A DNA stretch of 22,136 nucleotides from Candidatus Hodarchaeum mangrovi (GTDB lineage: Archaea > Asgardarchaeota > Heimdallarchaeia > Hodarchaeales > Hodarchaeaceae). The DNA lies in contig JAEOUE010000236.1 in assembly GCA_016839515.1 (NCBI GenBank), forward strand, positions 1 to 22,136. Direction: 5' to 3'. Position 1 is the stretch's first letter. Every line of letters starts with the position of its first letter. Made by a program: the position numbers and the translations under genes. Positions 1 through 8,002 of the stretch are shown in pieces. The notes beneath the pieces are model-generated. The model made no database searches. It saw nothing but the letters and a program-made list of their open reading frames with translations, and was not told the DNA's origin.

Positions 1-353
1 GTGCAAATGATATTGCATTGGGCTATTCAGCTGATTCAATTTGGAAAAATTTAATGAAAGGTATAAGAATAGCAAAAAAAGAGATTATATCCATTTTTAT
101 AATTACTATACCACCTATGGGATGGACTGAGATTCATCCGACAATAATGGAACTTAATCAGAAAATTATAACTCAATCTGGAATAGATTTCACCTCAATA
201 GATGTATTTAACGATTTAAGTGATGGATATTTTTTAAATTCACAATTTGATTCAGGAGATGGAGTTCATCTGTCAAATGTAGGTTATAAAAAAGTTGCTT
301 CAATAGTTTTTAATCATTTACAGGTAAAAATTGATAAATTTAAGAAAAATTAG
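1..353 (+). CDS. SGNH/GDSL hydrolase (lipase/esterase), 5'-truncated by the window edge
   Basis: The frame is open back to the window start. Bases 3-17 read A-N-D-I-A, and the leading 'gt' is compatible with a Gly codon, giving a block III G-x-N-D motif. Block V D-G-V-H-L-S-x-x-G-Y lies near the C-terminus. The TTG at 18 is probably not the true start. Confidence 0.85.
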   Translation, partial: ANDIALGYSADSIWKNLMKGIRIAKKEIISIFIITIPPMGWTEIHPTIMELNQKIITQSGIDFTSIDVFNDLSDGYFLNSQFDSGDGVHLSNVGYKKVASIVFNHLQVKIDKFKKN

Positions 354-360
354 AGATTTT

Positions 361-379
361 GATCCGAAAACGGATTTTC
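361..379. terminator. Short hairpin (ATCCG-AAAA-CGGAT) followed by TTT between two convergent genes; possible terminator
   Basis: Perfect 5-bp inverted repeat at 362-366/371-375, a few bases after the SGNH stop codon. Confidence 0.3.
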
Positions 380-411
380 CAGCTTTATTTAAATTACCTG
401 TTTTTTTGAAA

Positions 412-1182
412 TCAAAGTTTTTGAAAATGATTTAATTGAGGCTCGAAAATTTCGCCCTTTTCTAACCTCTGTTTTAGAACTTTTTCAACAATGTTAAAAT
501 TGACATTCATTTCCTTGGCTTTTTGCTTAATTATCTCGATTGAAATTGGTGTCTCCCCTATAATTCTTAATACCAATGAAGCACTGTCTTCTTCCTTGAA
601 TGTAGAGTAAAAGCTACTCTTTATATTCTCAATCGTCTCAGGTGTAAGGATATTTCTTCTCAAAGATTCTTGAATAATTGATGAGAAAATTTCCTTTGAA
701 TTCTTCTGAGAATCTAAAAAACAATTAAGATGATAATACTTATGGCCAGATATTACCCGTCCGTCTGAAAGTTCAATTTTTGAAGGTTCGGCTACTCTAT
801 ATTCATCTTTCAGAAGCTTACTTTCACACAATCTACAAGAAGATCGAGATGACTTAGAAACTTCTAAAAAAGGAGCTTCATCTAATTTTGGTGTATCAGA
901 TGCTGATTGAATAATGTTTTTACGTATTTCAAATACTTCATTCTTGGTAACTAAATCGTTTTTTTCTAATAGATGTAATACTTCATCCTGATGCGATTTA
1001 GGAACGCAATGAATATGGTAATATCCATAAGAGAAAACTTCCTTCCCAGATTCTATTGTGAATTTAAATGGAATCCCTGCTCTTAGGTCACCTTTATTGA
1101 TCTTATTCCTACACCCACGACAAGAGGATCGACTTGATTTGGCGAGTTCAGTTATTAAAGGCTTTTTCTCTTCCTCGGACAT
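412..1182 (-). CDS. Tandem PARP-type zinc-finger (zf-PARP x2) protein with C-terminal winged-helix domain
   Basis: Finger 1: ELAKSSRSSCRGC...LR...YYHIHC (C21, C24, H56, C59). Finger 2: EVSKSSRSSCRLC...YR...YYHLNC (C116, C119, H151, C154). Both match the PARP1/LigIII CCHC finger. The C-terminus (ISIEIIKQKAKE...VEKVLKQRLEKGEIFEP) resembles archaeal MCM/RPA2 C-terminal winged helices. Confidence 0.85.
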   Translation of the reverse strand: MSEEEKKPLITELAKSSRSSCRGCRNKINKGDLRAGIPFKFTIESGKEVFSYGYYHIHCVPKSHQDEVLHLLEKNDLVTKNEVFEIRKNIIQSASDTPKLDEAPFLEVSKSSRSSCRLCESKLLKDEYRVAEPSKIELSDGRVISGHKYYHLNCFLDSQKNSKEIFSSIIQESLRRNILTPETIENIKSSFYSTFKEEDSASLVLRIIGETPISIEIIKQKAKEMNVNFNIVEKVLKQRLEKGEIFEPQLNHFQKL

Positions 1183-1308
1183 TATTTTCCATTTCCGGTA
1201 GCTATATGATAGAGAAATTATTTCTATATTCTAATTTAAAGTTTATTAGAGGATCAAGAAAAAAATAAAAATAAAAAATTTGAATAAAAGAAATTAAGAA
1301 CTGTTTAA

Positions 1309-2271
1309 TCAGGAAAGAAAGACGAAACGTGAACTTTGAAGTGCTTTATTTAGGTGAAACTCCTTATCATGCCAATTACACGCTTCAATGAATTTTTCTA
1401 GATTATTTGAAATAAAAGTAATCATTTCAGACTTAATTGTGCAAAATGTGTGCATATCAGGAACACGATATGTCAAAAACACAAAAATCCTATTATAACA
1501 TTTAAAATGCCATATCACAGAATCCTTAAGTTGTTTTGCTCCAAGAATTGAATCCGGTCGTTTGTGAACAATATATTCATATTTCACAAATCGGGAAATT
1601 GTTGGAATAATTGAGTCTGAAATGAGTGGATTGTCTTGATTTCGTGATGTAGAGAATAGAAATTCTCCTTTATCATCATAAACTAAAATGAAAGAGATTA
1701 ATCCACCAAGATCTTTCTTAATCTGGCCTAAAATTCTTTTATAAATGGTTGAATCGTCAGCTAAGGATCTATCTTCAAGAATCTGGTCAAAACCATTTTC
1801 CCACAAGTTTAATGAACCTTTTAAATCATCTAGCATAGGTAAATGCTGAGAAAGTAGCGTTTTTGATAAGTTTTGAAACTCAGATGATGTTGAAAGGGTT
1901 ATCAATGCCATACCATTTTGAGTTTTGGTATAGTCAACAAAGATAGGATGATCTGTTTCTTCAGTGATTTCAACAAGTGTAGGACGAACTACCTCTTTTA
2001 ACTGGCTAATAGCCTCAATAAGTCCTGACATTAACATTATTGGCTCGCTATTAGGTTCAAAAAGTTCACGTTTTATATTATGGATTCGACCAAATTTATC
2101 TACGTGAATTGAACGCGTATAGATAGGTAATCCTCCCTCAGTTGATAAAACAACAAGTAAATTACTCCCTTTTAATTGAACCCCATTTTTTGAAAAGGAA
2201 AAATCAAATTGGCTTTGAGAATAATGTCTATCCTGATTCAGTCCTTTTCTCACATATATTTCCTTTTCCAA
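1309..2271 (-). CDS. Asgard-type longin/roadblock-like domain protein (probably two domains)
   Basis: LLVVLSTEGGLPIYTR...PIMLMSGLIEAISQL is a typical longin beta-hairpin plus 'SGLxxAI' helix. A second hairpin, FILVYDDKGEFLFS, and C-terminal strands/helix suggest a second longin/roadblock module. Confidence 0.6.
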   Translation of the reverse strand: MEKEIYVRKGLNQDRHYSQSQFDFSFSKNGVQLKGSNLLVVLSTEGGLPIYTRSIHVDKFGRIHNIKRELFEPNSEPIMLMSGLIEAISQLKEVVRPTLVEITEETDHPIFVDYTKTQNGMALITLSTSSEFQNLSKTLLSQHLPMLDDLKGSLNLWENGFDQILEDRSLADDSTIYKRILGQIKKDLGGLISFILVYDDKGEFLFSTSRNQDNPLISDSIIPTISRFVKYEYIVHKRPDSILGAKQLKDSVIWHFKCYNRIFVFLTYRVPDMHTFCTIKSEMITFISNNLEKFIEACNWHDKEFHLNKALQSSRFVFLS

Positions 2272-2393
2272 GGAAGAAACTTCCTAGTTTTATCATCATG
2301 TTTTTTGAACAAAGTCATAAATACATGAAAATTATATAAAATAATCTAGAGAACTCCTTCGAATTTAGAATTAGAAGAGTAATTATCATTAAA

Positions 2394-3422
2394 TTAGAAG
2401 AACCCCATCTCAAGTAATCTTTCCCATGATAGTTGGTTATACAGATATAAAAATTCTTTGTAGCTTATTATAGGTTTTTCTACACGAAATTGATCATCAA
2501 AAGCCAGCCTTGGACATGCTGTATTTACCCATGCATCAACCCATGTTATATTGGATAATGCTGAAAAATCAATTTTCTCAGTAGCAACCGTGATAGAATC
2601 CAAGTTATTTCCAGCCATTATTTCTTTTATATTTTTGATTTTACTCTTACTAAATTGTCCTAATTTTGAACTACTAATAATTCCCCAAGTTTTTGCATTT
2701 TTTGATTTATGAATCTCGATATACCGCTTTTGGATAGTTTGTCTTCGTATCTCACTAGAATAATATTGAATATCTCCATTATAAGGATCTAATTGTATAA
2801 TAGGAGTATCTAAGATTAATATCATTCCATTAGTGTGAAAAGTTCCTGCATGTAAACTAATCACACCGTCAACTGATTCTTGTTTATTTCTTCTTGCATT
2901 TAAGACATGACACCCCAATATTTGTCTTTCAATTTGATTTCTTACCTCTATCCCATTAGAAACAAGAAAAGACTCAACTGAAGCTAAAATATTAAGGTGT
3001 TGAGCAGTTGACACTAAAATTACTTGTTTCCAGTTTAATTCAACTAATTTATCTAATAATTTGGGAAGAAATGGTGAAATATTAATATTAACGAAAGCTG
3101 GGATTAAAAGAAGTTGTATTCCTAAGTTTTTCAAAGATATTTGAATCTTTTTCTCAAATCTAAAGGAAGTGTGACCAAAATGGATAAGAAGAGTGCAATC
3201 AAGTATCTTAGCTAAATTAGTAGCAACATCACATACTCCATAACTAGGATCGCCTGAAACGAAGATTTCTAATTCTTTACTAAAATCATTTATTTCTTTG
3301 ATGATTTGCTTTAATGGATAGTCAAGCATCCCTTCAGGTACCTGTATTAATATACGATAATGACTCCCTTCTTGTATTACCTTGCTAATTCTAGGTATTT
3401 CCAATTCATAAATTGTATCCAT
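2394..3422 (-). CDS. dph2: Diphthamide biosynthesis enzyme Dph2 (2-(3-amino-3-carboxypropyl)histidine synthase)
   Basis: Motifs QVPEG, GDPSYGVCD, HFGH, QILGC, K-x-GQ and TACPRLAFDD. The three Fe-S-ligating Cys residues are present. Confidence 0.95.
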   Translation of the reverse strand: MDTIYELEIPRISKVIQEGSHYRILIQVPEGMLDYPLKQIIKEINDFSKELEIFVSGDPSYGVCDVATNLAKILDCTLLIHFGHTSFRFEKKIQISLKNLGIQLLLIPAFVNINISPFLPKLLDKLVELNWKQVILVSTAQHLNILASVESFLVSNGIEVRNQIERQILGCHVLNARRNKQESVDGVISLHAGTFHTNGMILILDTPIIQLDPYNGDIQYYSSEIRRQTIQKRYIEIHKSKNAKTWGIISSSKLGQFSKSKIKNIKEIMAGNNLDSITVATEKIDFSALSNITWVDAWVNTACPRLAFDDQFRVEKPIISYKEFLYLYNQLSWERLLEMGFF

Positions 3423-3573
3423 TAGGTATTCTCAACTCTGATTTCTTGATACTTTCACCAAGTTATAATGGTTTTCCAAAAAAAAATAAAAATTTAGTGT
3501 TCTCTATTCTGATTATAAAACCTATTTTAGTTTAAAGGAATTTTGCAATAATTTATCTTGATAAAATATTCGG

Positions 3574-4506
3574 ATGACAAAACCTTTGCTCGATTCACTT
3601 CTATATGATCAGGGAATACTTTTACAACGAAATATTCGGCTTCTTTGCTTTCCAGATTATTTATTTTTCCGTACACATAACCAAAAACTTTATCGTGAGT
3701 TTGAAGGTTTTCCAAGATATTCAATTATTGCACGAAAATATACTGAAGATCAGAGTAATGATACTAAGTACAAAAGCCCTTGTTATTTGAGAAAATTATA
3801 TATCATTGATGGAAGCTCCGCTCTAATAAATGCACCCTTCTTTTTTCCTATATCTAAGAAAATAAATCTATCCATAGTCGGAACAAATCTAAATTTTGTC
3901 GACGTAGTCAGATTTCGTGAATCATTTAAACCAATTTATGATTTTATACCTTTCCACCCTTATACTGTTAATATATTTCCATATAGCAAACCAGAAACAA
4001 AAGAAGAAAGCTCATTTGACTCAAATGCTGTTTCACTCCCCCTAAATTTTTATATTAGATATATTAAAGGTAATAACTACTTTTTAAATACAATAGCGAT
4101 TGGATGCGTTCGATCTGCTTCAGATTTCTTCCCAAATGGTTTTGAATTATTAAGAGTTAATTTAGGAGATCTTTTAGAATACAAACAGTCATATTTTGAT
4201 GAATCTAAAAAAAATTTCTTAACTAAACACGAGATTACATTAATTGAATTAAAAAGATTGATTAACATATTTAAAATCCCTGTAATCTTAGTATCACTCT
4301 ATAAACTTGCTAAATTCGTAAATGTGAAAGGAGTTAATAGATCACTAAGCCCTGAGGGTTATTTACGTTATATTATGCATACTTGGAATTTTTCAGAAGC
4401 ATTGATCTTGTTTAATGAAAAAGGAAGAAAATGGGATCAAATTCATATATCTAAGCTAAATAATTATTATGATGAACACGGTTATGTTGTATTTTTTAAT
4501 CGATAA
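3574..4506 (+). CDS. Hypothetical protein (310 aa), possibly a degenerate metallo-beta-lactamase-like fold
   Basis: Long ORF divergent from dph2 and co-oriented with the three downstream genes. No confident family motif. Confidence 0.6.
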   Translation: MTKPLLDSLLYDQGILLQRNIRLLCFPDYLFFRTHNQKLYREFEGFPRYSIIARKYTEDQSNDTKYKSPCYLRKLYIIDGSSALINAPFFFPISKKINLSIVGTNLNFVDVVRFRESFKPIYDFIPFHPYTVNIFPYSKPETKEESSFDSNAVSLPLNFYIRYIKGNNYFLNTIAIGCVRSASDFFPNGFELLRVNLGDLLEYKQSYFDESKKNFLTKHEITLIELKRLINIFKIPVILVSLYKLAKFVNVKGVNRSLSPEGYLRYIMHTWNFSEALILFNEKGRKWDQIHISKLNNYYDEHGYVVFFNR

Positions 4507-4576
4507 GGATTAAAACGAAGGTTTTTAAGAATAGAATTCAAGAATTAATGTGAAATTAATGTTTTGGTGAGTGAGA

Positions 4577-5089
4577 ATGACCACTGAAAAACTTGCCCTT
4601 GATGAAATAATTCCAACAATTGAACGCGTTAAATTAACAATTGAAACTCTTAAACAAGAACTTGATGAAAAACAAGCTTTAGTGATTGAAAAAGAAAGAC
4701 TCCTAGCAGAGAGAGAGGAAAAATTAAATCAAGCCCAAATTTCTCAACAGAAGCTTGAATCTGAATATTTATCTTTAGAGAATGAGTTTAAAAAAATATC
4801 AGAATTGTTTAATGAATTATCAACTCAAAAAGAAACAACCCTTGATGTAAAACAGCTTTTAAGCATTTACATCGCATTATTGGAGAAAGTATTTTCAGGG
4901 AAGCCTCATGCGAAAATTCTTTACTTATTACATGGTGATAAATCAGAAATGTCTCGCGAGGAACTGACTAAGGCTACTGGATTCTCGGCTGCAATCGTTT
5001 TACACTCACTACATGAGCTAAATCGGGCAGAATTAATAAAATATAACGAGGACGAAGGTAAAGCCTTTTTGATAAATAGAATTTATTAA
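4577..5089 (+). CDS. Coiled-coil protein with C-terminal winged helix-turn-helix (putative DNA-binding)
   Basis: About 80 aa of E/K/Q/L heptad-rich N-terminus, then HAKILYLLHG..MSREELTKATGFSAAIVLHSLHELNRAELIKY (wHTH). An SD-like GGTGAG at 4566-4571 favours the ATG at 4577 over the GTG at 4571. Confidence 0.75.
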   Translation: MTTEKLALDEIIPTIERVKLTIETLKQELDEKQALVIEKERLLAEREEKLNQAQISQQKLESEYLSLENEFKKISELFNELSTQKETTLDVKQLLSIYIALLEKVFSGKPHAKILYLLHGDKSEMSREELTKATGFSAAIVLHSLHELNRAELIKYNEDEGKAFLINRIY

Positions 5090-5119
5090 ATTTTATGCAA
5101 TAAATGAAATATTACTTAG

Positions 5120-5150
5120 ATGACATGACCTTATACAAAGGAAATGTCGT
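5120..5150. promoter_or_regulatory. Imperfect 13-bp inverted repeat directly upstream of xerA; candidate Xer-binding/operator site
   Basis: ATGACATGACCTT-ATACA-AAGGAAATGTCGT; 10 of 13 arm positions are complementary. It ends 11 bp before the xerA ATG. Confidence 0.45.
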
Positions 5151-5161
5151 AAAATTAATTT

Positions 5162-6052
5162 ATGTTGCTCGAAGATTTTTTAATATTTCTAGAAGTTGAA
5201 AAAGGTTACTCTCCAAATACAATAAGAGAGTATTCATATGATCTTCAAATGTTCCAACGTTTCACAAATAGTAAACCATTAGAGGATATTTGTACTAGCG
5301 ATCTTCGTGGTTTTTTTCTTCATTTAAAAAGAGAAAAGGAATATTCTCCAAGAAGTCTTCACCGAAAAATTTGTTCTTTAAAATCCTTTTACAAATTTCT
5401 TAAAAAAGAAGGTTTTGTTACACAAAATCCTATAGAATCGATTGAATCGCCGAAAATTCCGCAATCTTTACCAAAAACTATAACGATAAAAGAAGCTTTA
5501 AAACTTCTTGAAGCACCAAAGACTCCTAGAGATAAAACAATTTTATACCTTCTATATGGAACTGGAATGAGAGTATCAGAATTAATAAACTTAGATAAAA
5601 GTCATTTAGATCTATCTAATAGATTTATCAAAGTAGTAAGAGGAAAAGGGAATAAGGATCGTTTAATTCCGTTACCTGATCAAATTATTCCCATTATAAA
5701 TGAATATTTAAGCTCCCAAAATGGAAATGAAGATGAAAACGCCCTTATCACTAATCGATCAGGAAAGCGCATGACCACTCGTTCAGTACAACGAATTGTA
5801 AAAAAATACAAAGCACTTGCTAAGATAAACGACAAAAAATTAACCCCACATGTACTTCGACATGCTTTTGCAACTCATCTCTTATCTAATGCTGTTGATA
5901 TCAGAGTTATCCAAGAATTACTGGGCCACTCATCCTTATCAACCACTCAATTATACACTCATGTTACACTCGAACATTTACGAAAATCATATGATAAAGG
6001 ACATCCTCTTTCATCCCAACCTGATAATTCATCCACAATATTTGAAGGTTAA
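5162..6052 (+). CDS. xerA: Site-specific tyrosine recombinase XerA (XerC/D family)
   Basis: N-terminal SAM-like domain (KGYSPNTIREY) and a full catalytic set: GMRVSEL (R), GKGNK (K), HVLRH (HxxR), LLGH (H), TQLYT (Y). Length 296 aa. Confidence 0.9.
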   Translation: MLLEDFLIFLEVEKGYSPNTIREYSYDLQMFQRFTNSKPLEDICTSDLRGFFLHLKREKEYSPRSLHRKICSLKSFYKFLKKEGFVTQNPIESIESPKIPQSLPKTITIKEALKLLEAPKTPRDKTILYLLYGTGMRVSELINLDKSHLDLSNRFIKVVRGKGNKDRLIPLPDQIIPIINEYLSSQNGNEDENALITNRSGKRMTTRSVQRIVKKYKALAKINDKKLTPHVLRHAFATHLLSNAVDIRVIQELLGHSSLSTTQLYTHVTLEHLRKSYDKGHPLSSQPDNSSTIFEG

Positions 6053-6106
6053 AGAATCAAAAATTTTATTGTCATATCTCTAGTCCTTGTTGAATGGAGA
6101 TCATCC

Positions 6107-6898
6107 TTGCTCAGGAACCTATTCACATCTTTATTTAAAAATTCCGAAAGCAAATTAGATCTAAAATTTTTAGAAAATATCCAAACAGAACCATTAAGTC
6201 AAACTTGCTATGTGATCTGGTATTACTTCGAGAAAAGTAAAAATATTCAATTAAAATATTTGAATGAGCCGTTTAGATATATTTTTCGCTTTGATAATAA
6301 GTATCATATCTCTGGAACAGATATCTGGGAAATGGAGAGTCAGATTAAATGGTTTAAGACTAATATAGTTATCCAGTTCAATGATAAAGATCTTTGGGAT
6401 GATATTCGAGCTAAATTTACAAATTTTCGATCTTTAGAAACAAATAAAAATGTTGACATCTTTAATACTTATTTCACATACTTTCTCTCTAATGATAGAT
6501 TCAAAAAGTCAAAACAAAACTATAATTCAGTTGTTCAAATTCCTAATAAGACGATTTATTTACCTAAACGATATCGGCATTTAAAAGGAGGGTTAGCCTA
6601 TGGTTATATGAAGGATAAGGAAATCATTAGTTTTGCTGCCGCTCCTCATATTTTAATTAAAGTACCATTCTCCTATGCTATTATCAGAGGAATTGAAACT
6701 CGTTTAGTTGAAAGACGCCAAGGGTTCGCATATGAAACTATGTCTAAACTCTGTGAAGCACTATTTAACGAAGTTAAAATAAATTGTATATATCTCTGGG
6801 TTGAAGAAAATAATCTAGCTGCTATCTACTTATATGAAAAACTTGGATTCCTTAAAGATTCAGTAATATATGCTACATATTGTGATTTACGTTTCTAG
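6107..6898 (+). CDS. GNAT-family N-acetyltransferase (C-terminal GNAT domain)
   Basis: Acetyl-CoA motif A (ERRQGFA) and motif B (LWVEENNLAAIYLYEKLGF). GGAG SD upstream of the TTG start. Confidence 0.85.
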   Translation: MLRNLFTSLFKNSESKLDLKFLENIQTEPLSQTCYVIWYYFEKSKNIQLKYLNEPFRYIFRFDNKYHISGTDIWEMESQIKWFKTNIVIQFNDKDLWDDIRAKFTNFRSLETNKNVDIFNTYFTYFLSNDRFKKSKQNYNSVVQIPNKTIYLPKRYRHLKGGLAYGYMKDKEIISFAAAPHILIKVPFSYAIIRGIETRLVERRQGFAYETMSKLCEALFNEVKINCIYLWVEENNLAAIYLYEKLGFLKDSVIYATYCDLRF

Positions 6899-6910
6899 CC
6901 ATTTTCTAAT

Positions 6911-7981
6911 TTATTGACCAATGATTAATACTTCATTTGTCTGGTTTTTCTTAGTAGTTAACACATACTTATATGGAGTTCTTGAAACACTAATATTTTT
7001 TTTATAAGAGGCTAATATGTCAATTACTTCACGAATAGAGGGAATTCCAGGGTTTCTATAGGACACTGCAATGATAAAATCTTGAAATTTATTAAATAAT
7101 TGGTCAAAGGCTAATACAACATTTTTAGGATCATTCCATTGATTTTTTACTGGAATTAATCTTCGATGTTTCGTTTGATAATCAATTAAATCCGGCCAAT
7201 GATCATAATGACATAATCCTTCTAAGAAATGATAATACGAATGATAATCAACTCCAACTCCTTTATTCGAAAAGTATGGTGGGTCACAATAAATGAGATC
7301 AATTCTATCTGATGTTGTTTTAAAATCAAAAATATTTAAATTAAGAGCTTGGTTCTCTCTCCTGTTATCAAAGACTGATTCATTACCTTGTTCTAATGCT
7401 TGAATAAATAATTGTTGAATAGGAGTATCCCATGTTCTTTTGTTTCCAAATGAACGCTTGACATCATTGAATCGTAGATTTAGATTTTTCCGATGAAAAA
7501 GATTAAATGGACGTTTTTGTAAGCAGGCCTGAAATAAAGCAAAATAACATAGAGACTTCTCATAAATATTTTCTAAACGCATTATGTTTTGAACTACTAT
7601 ATCTAAGGTTTTATTTTCTTCATCCGTATAATAGATACCTTTAAAGATATTTTGAATAAAATCTTTATAAGAAATTTCAGCTTTGATCTGAAATAATCCT
7701 TTTATTTTCTTGACATCATATTTCACGGATTTATTTTCAATAAGTGCTTTACCAATGTAATAATTACTGACTAAATAATCATTGTAAATTACTCGCTTTC
7801 CTAATGATTTAAAGAGGTAAGCTATTGCTCCTGTTCCTCCAAAAGCGTCTAATACGATATCAAATTCAATTTCCATAAAAACAGATTTTAACCATGGCAA
7901 TAATTTTAATTTACTACCTTGATATCTTGTAGAGGGGAATTTAATTTTAGCTGTATCTTCATTTAAATTATAATTAATCAA
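6911..7981 (-). CDS. DNA adenine methyltransferase, D12/Dam-like alpha class (orphan)
   Basis: RYQGSK (motif X), DAFGGTG (motif I), then a target-recognition region, then DPPY (motif IV). Confidence 0.9.
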   Translation of the reverse strand: MINYNLNEDTAKIKFPSTRYQGSKLKLLPWLKSVFMEIEFDIVLDAFGGTGAIAYLFKSLGKRVIYNDYLVSNYYIGKALIENKSVKYDVKKIKGLFQIKAEISYKDFIQNIFKGIYYTDEENKTLDIVVQNIMRLENIYEKSLCYFALFQACLQKRPFNLFHRKNLNLRFNDVKRSFGNKRTWDTPIQQLFIQALEQGNESVFDNRRENQALNLNIFDFKTTSDRIDLIYCDPPYFSNKGVGVDYHSYYHFLEGLCHYDHWPDLIDYQTKHRRLIPVKNQWNDPKNVVLAFDQLFNKFQDFIIAVSYRNPGIPSIREVIDILASYKKNISVSRTPYKYVLTTKKNQTNEVLIIGQ

Positions 7982-8002
7982 AGATATAACCCTAAAATGA
8001 GT

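Noticed and set aside
412-1182. Calling this gene a PARP or DNA ligase III
   Set aside because: It has no ADP-ribosyltransferase or ligase catalytic domain, and none is encoded by neighbouring genes in this window.
2142-2339. Short alternative ORFs in the track (2142, 3527, 3605, 4077, 5850, 8222, 8421, 10889, 15275, 15344, 16664, 17152, 17995, 18752, 20431, 20769)
   Set aside because: All overlap longer, better-supported genes in other frames or strands and show no motifs; they are treated as shadow ORFs.
5162-7981. Integrated mobile element or defence island (integrase plus MTase)
   Set aside because: The recombinase looks like a chromosomal XerA. I saw no tRNA target, att direct repeats, or phage/plasmid genes, and the flanks are housekeeping genes.
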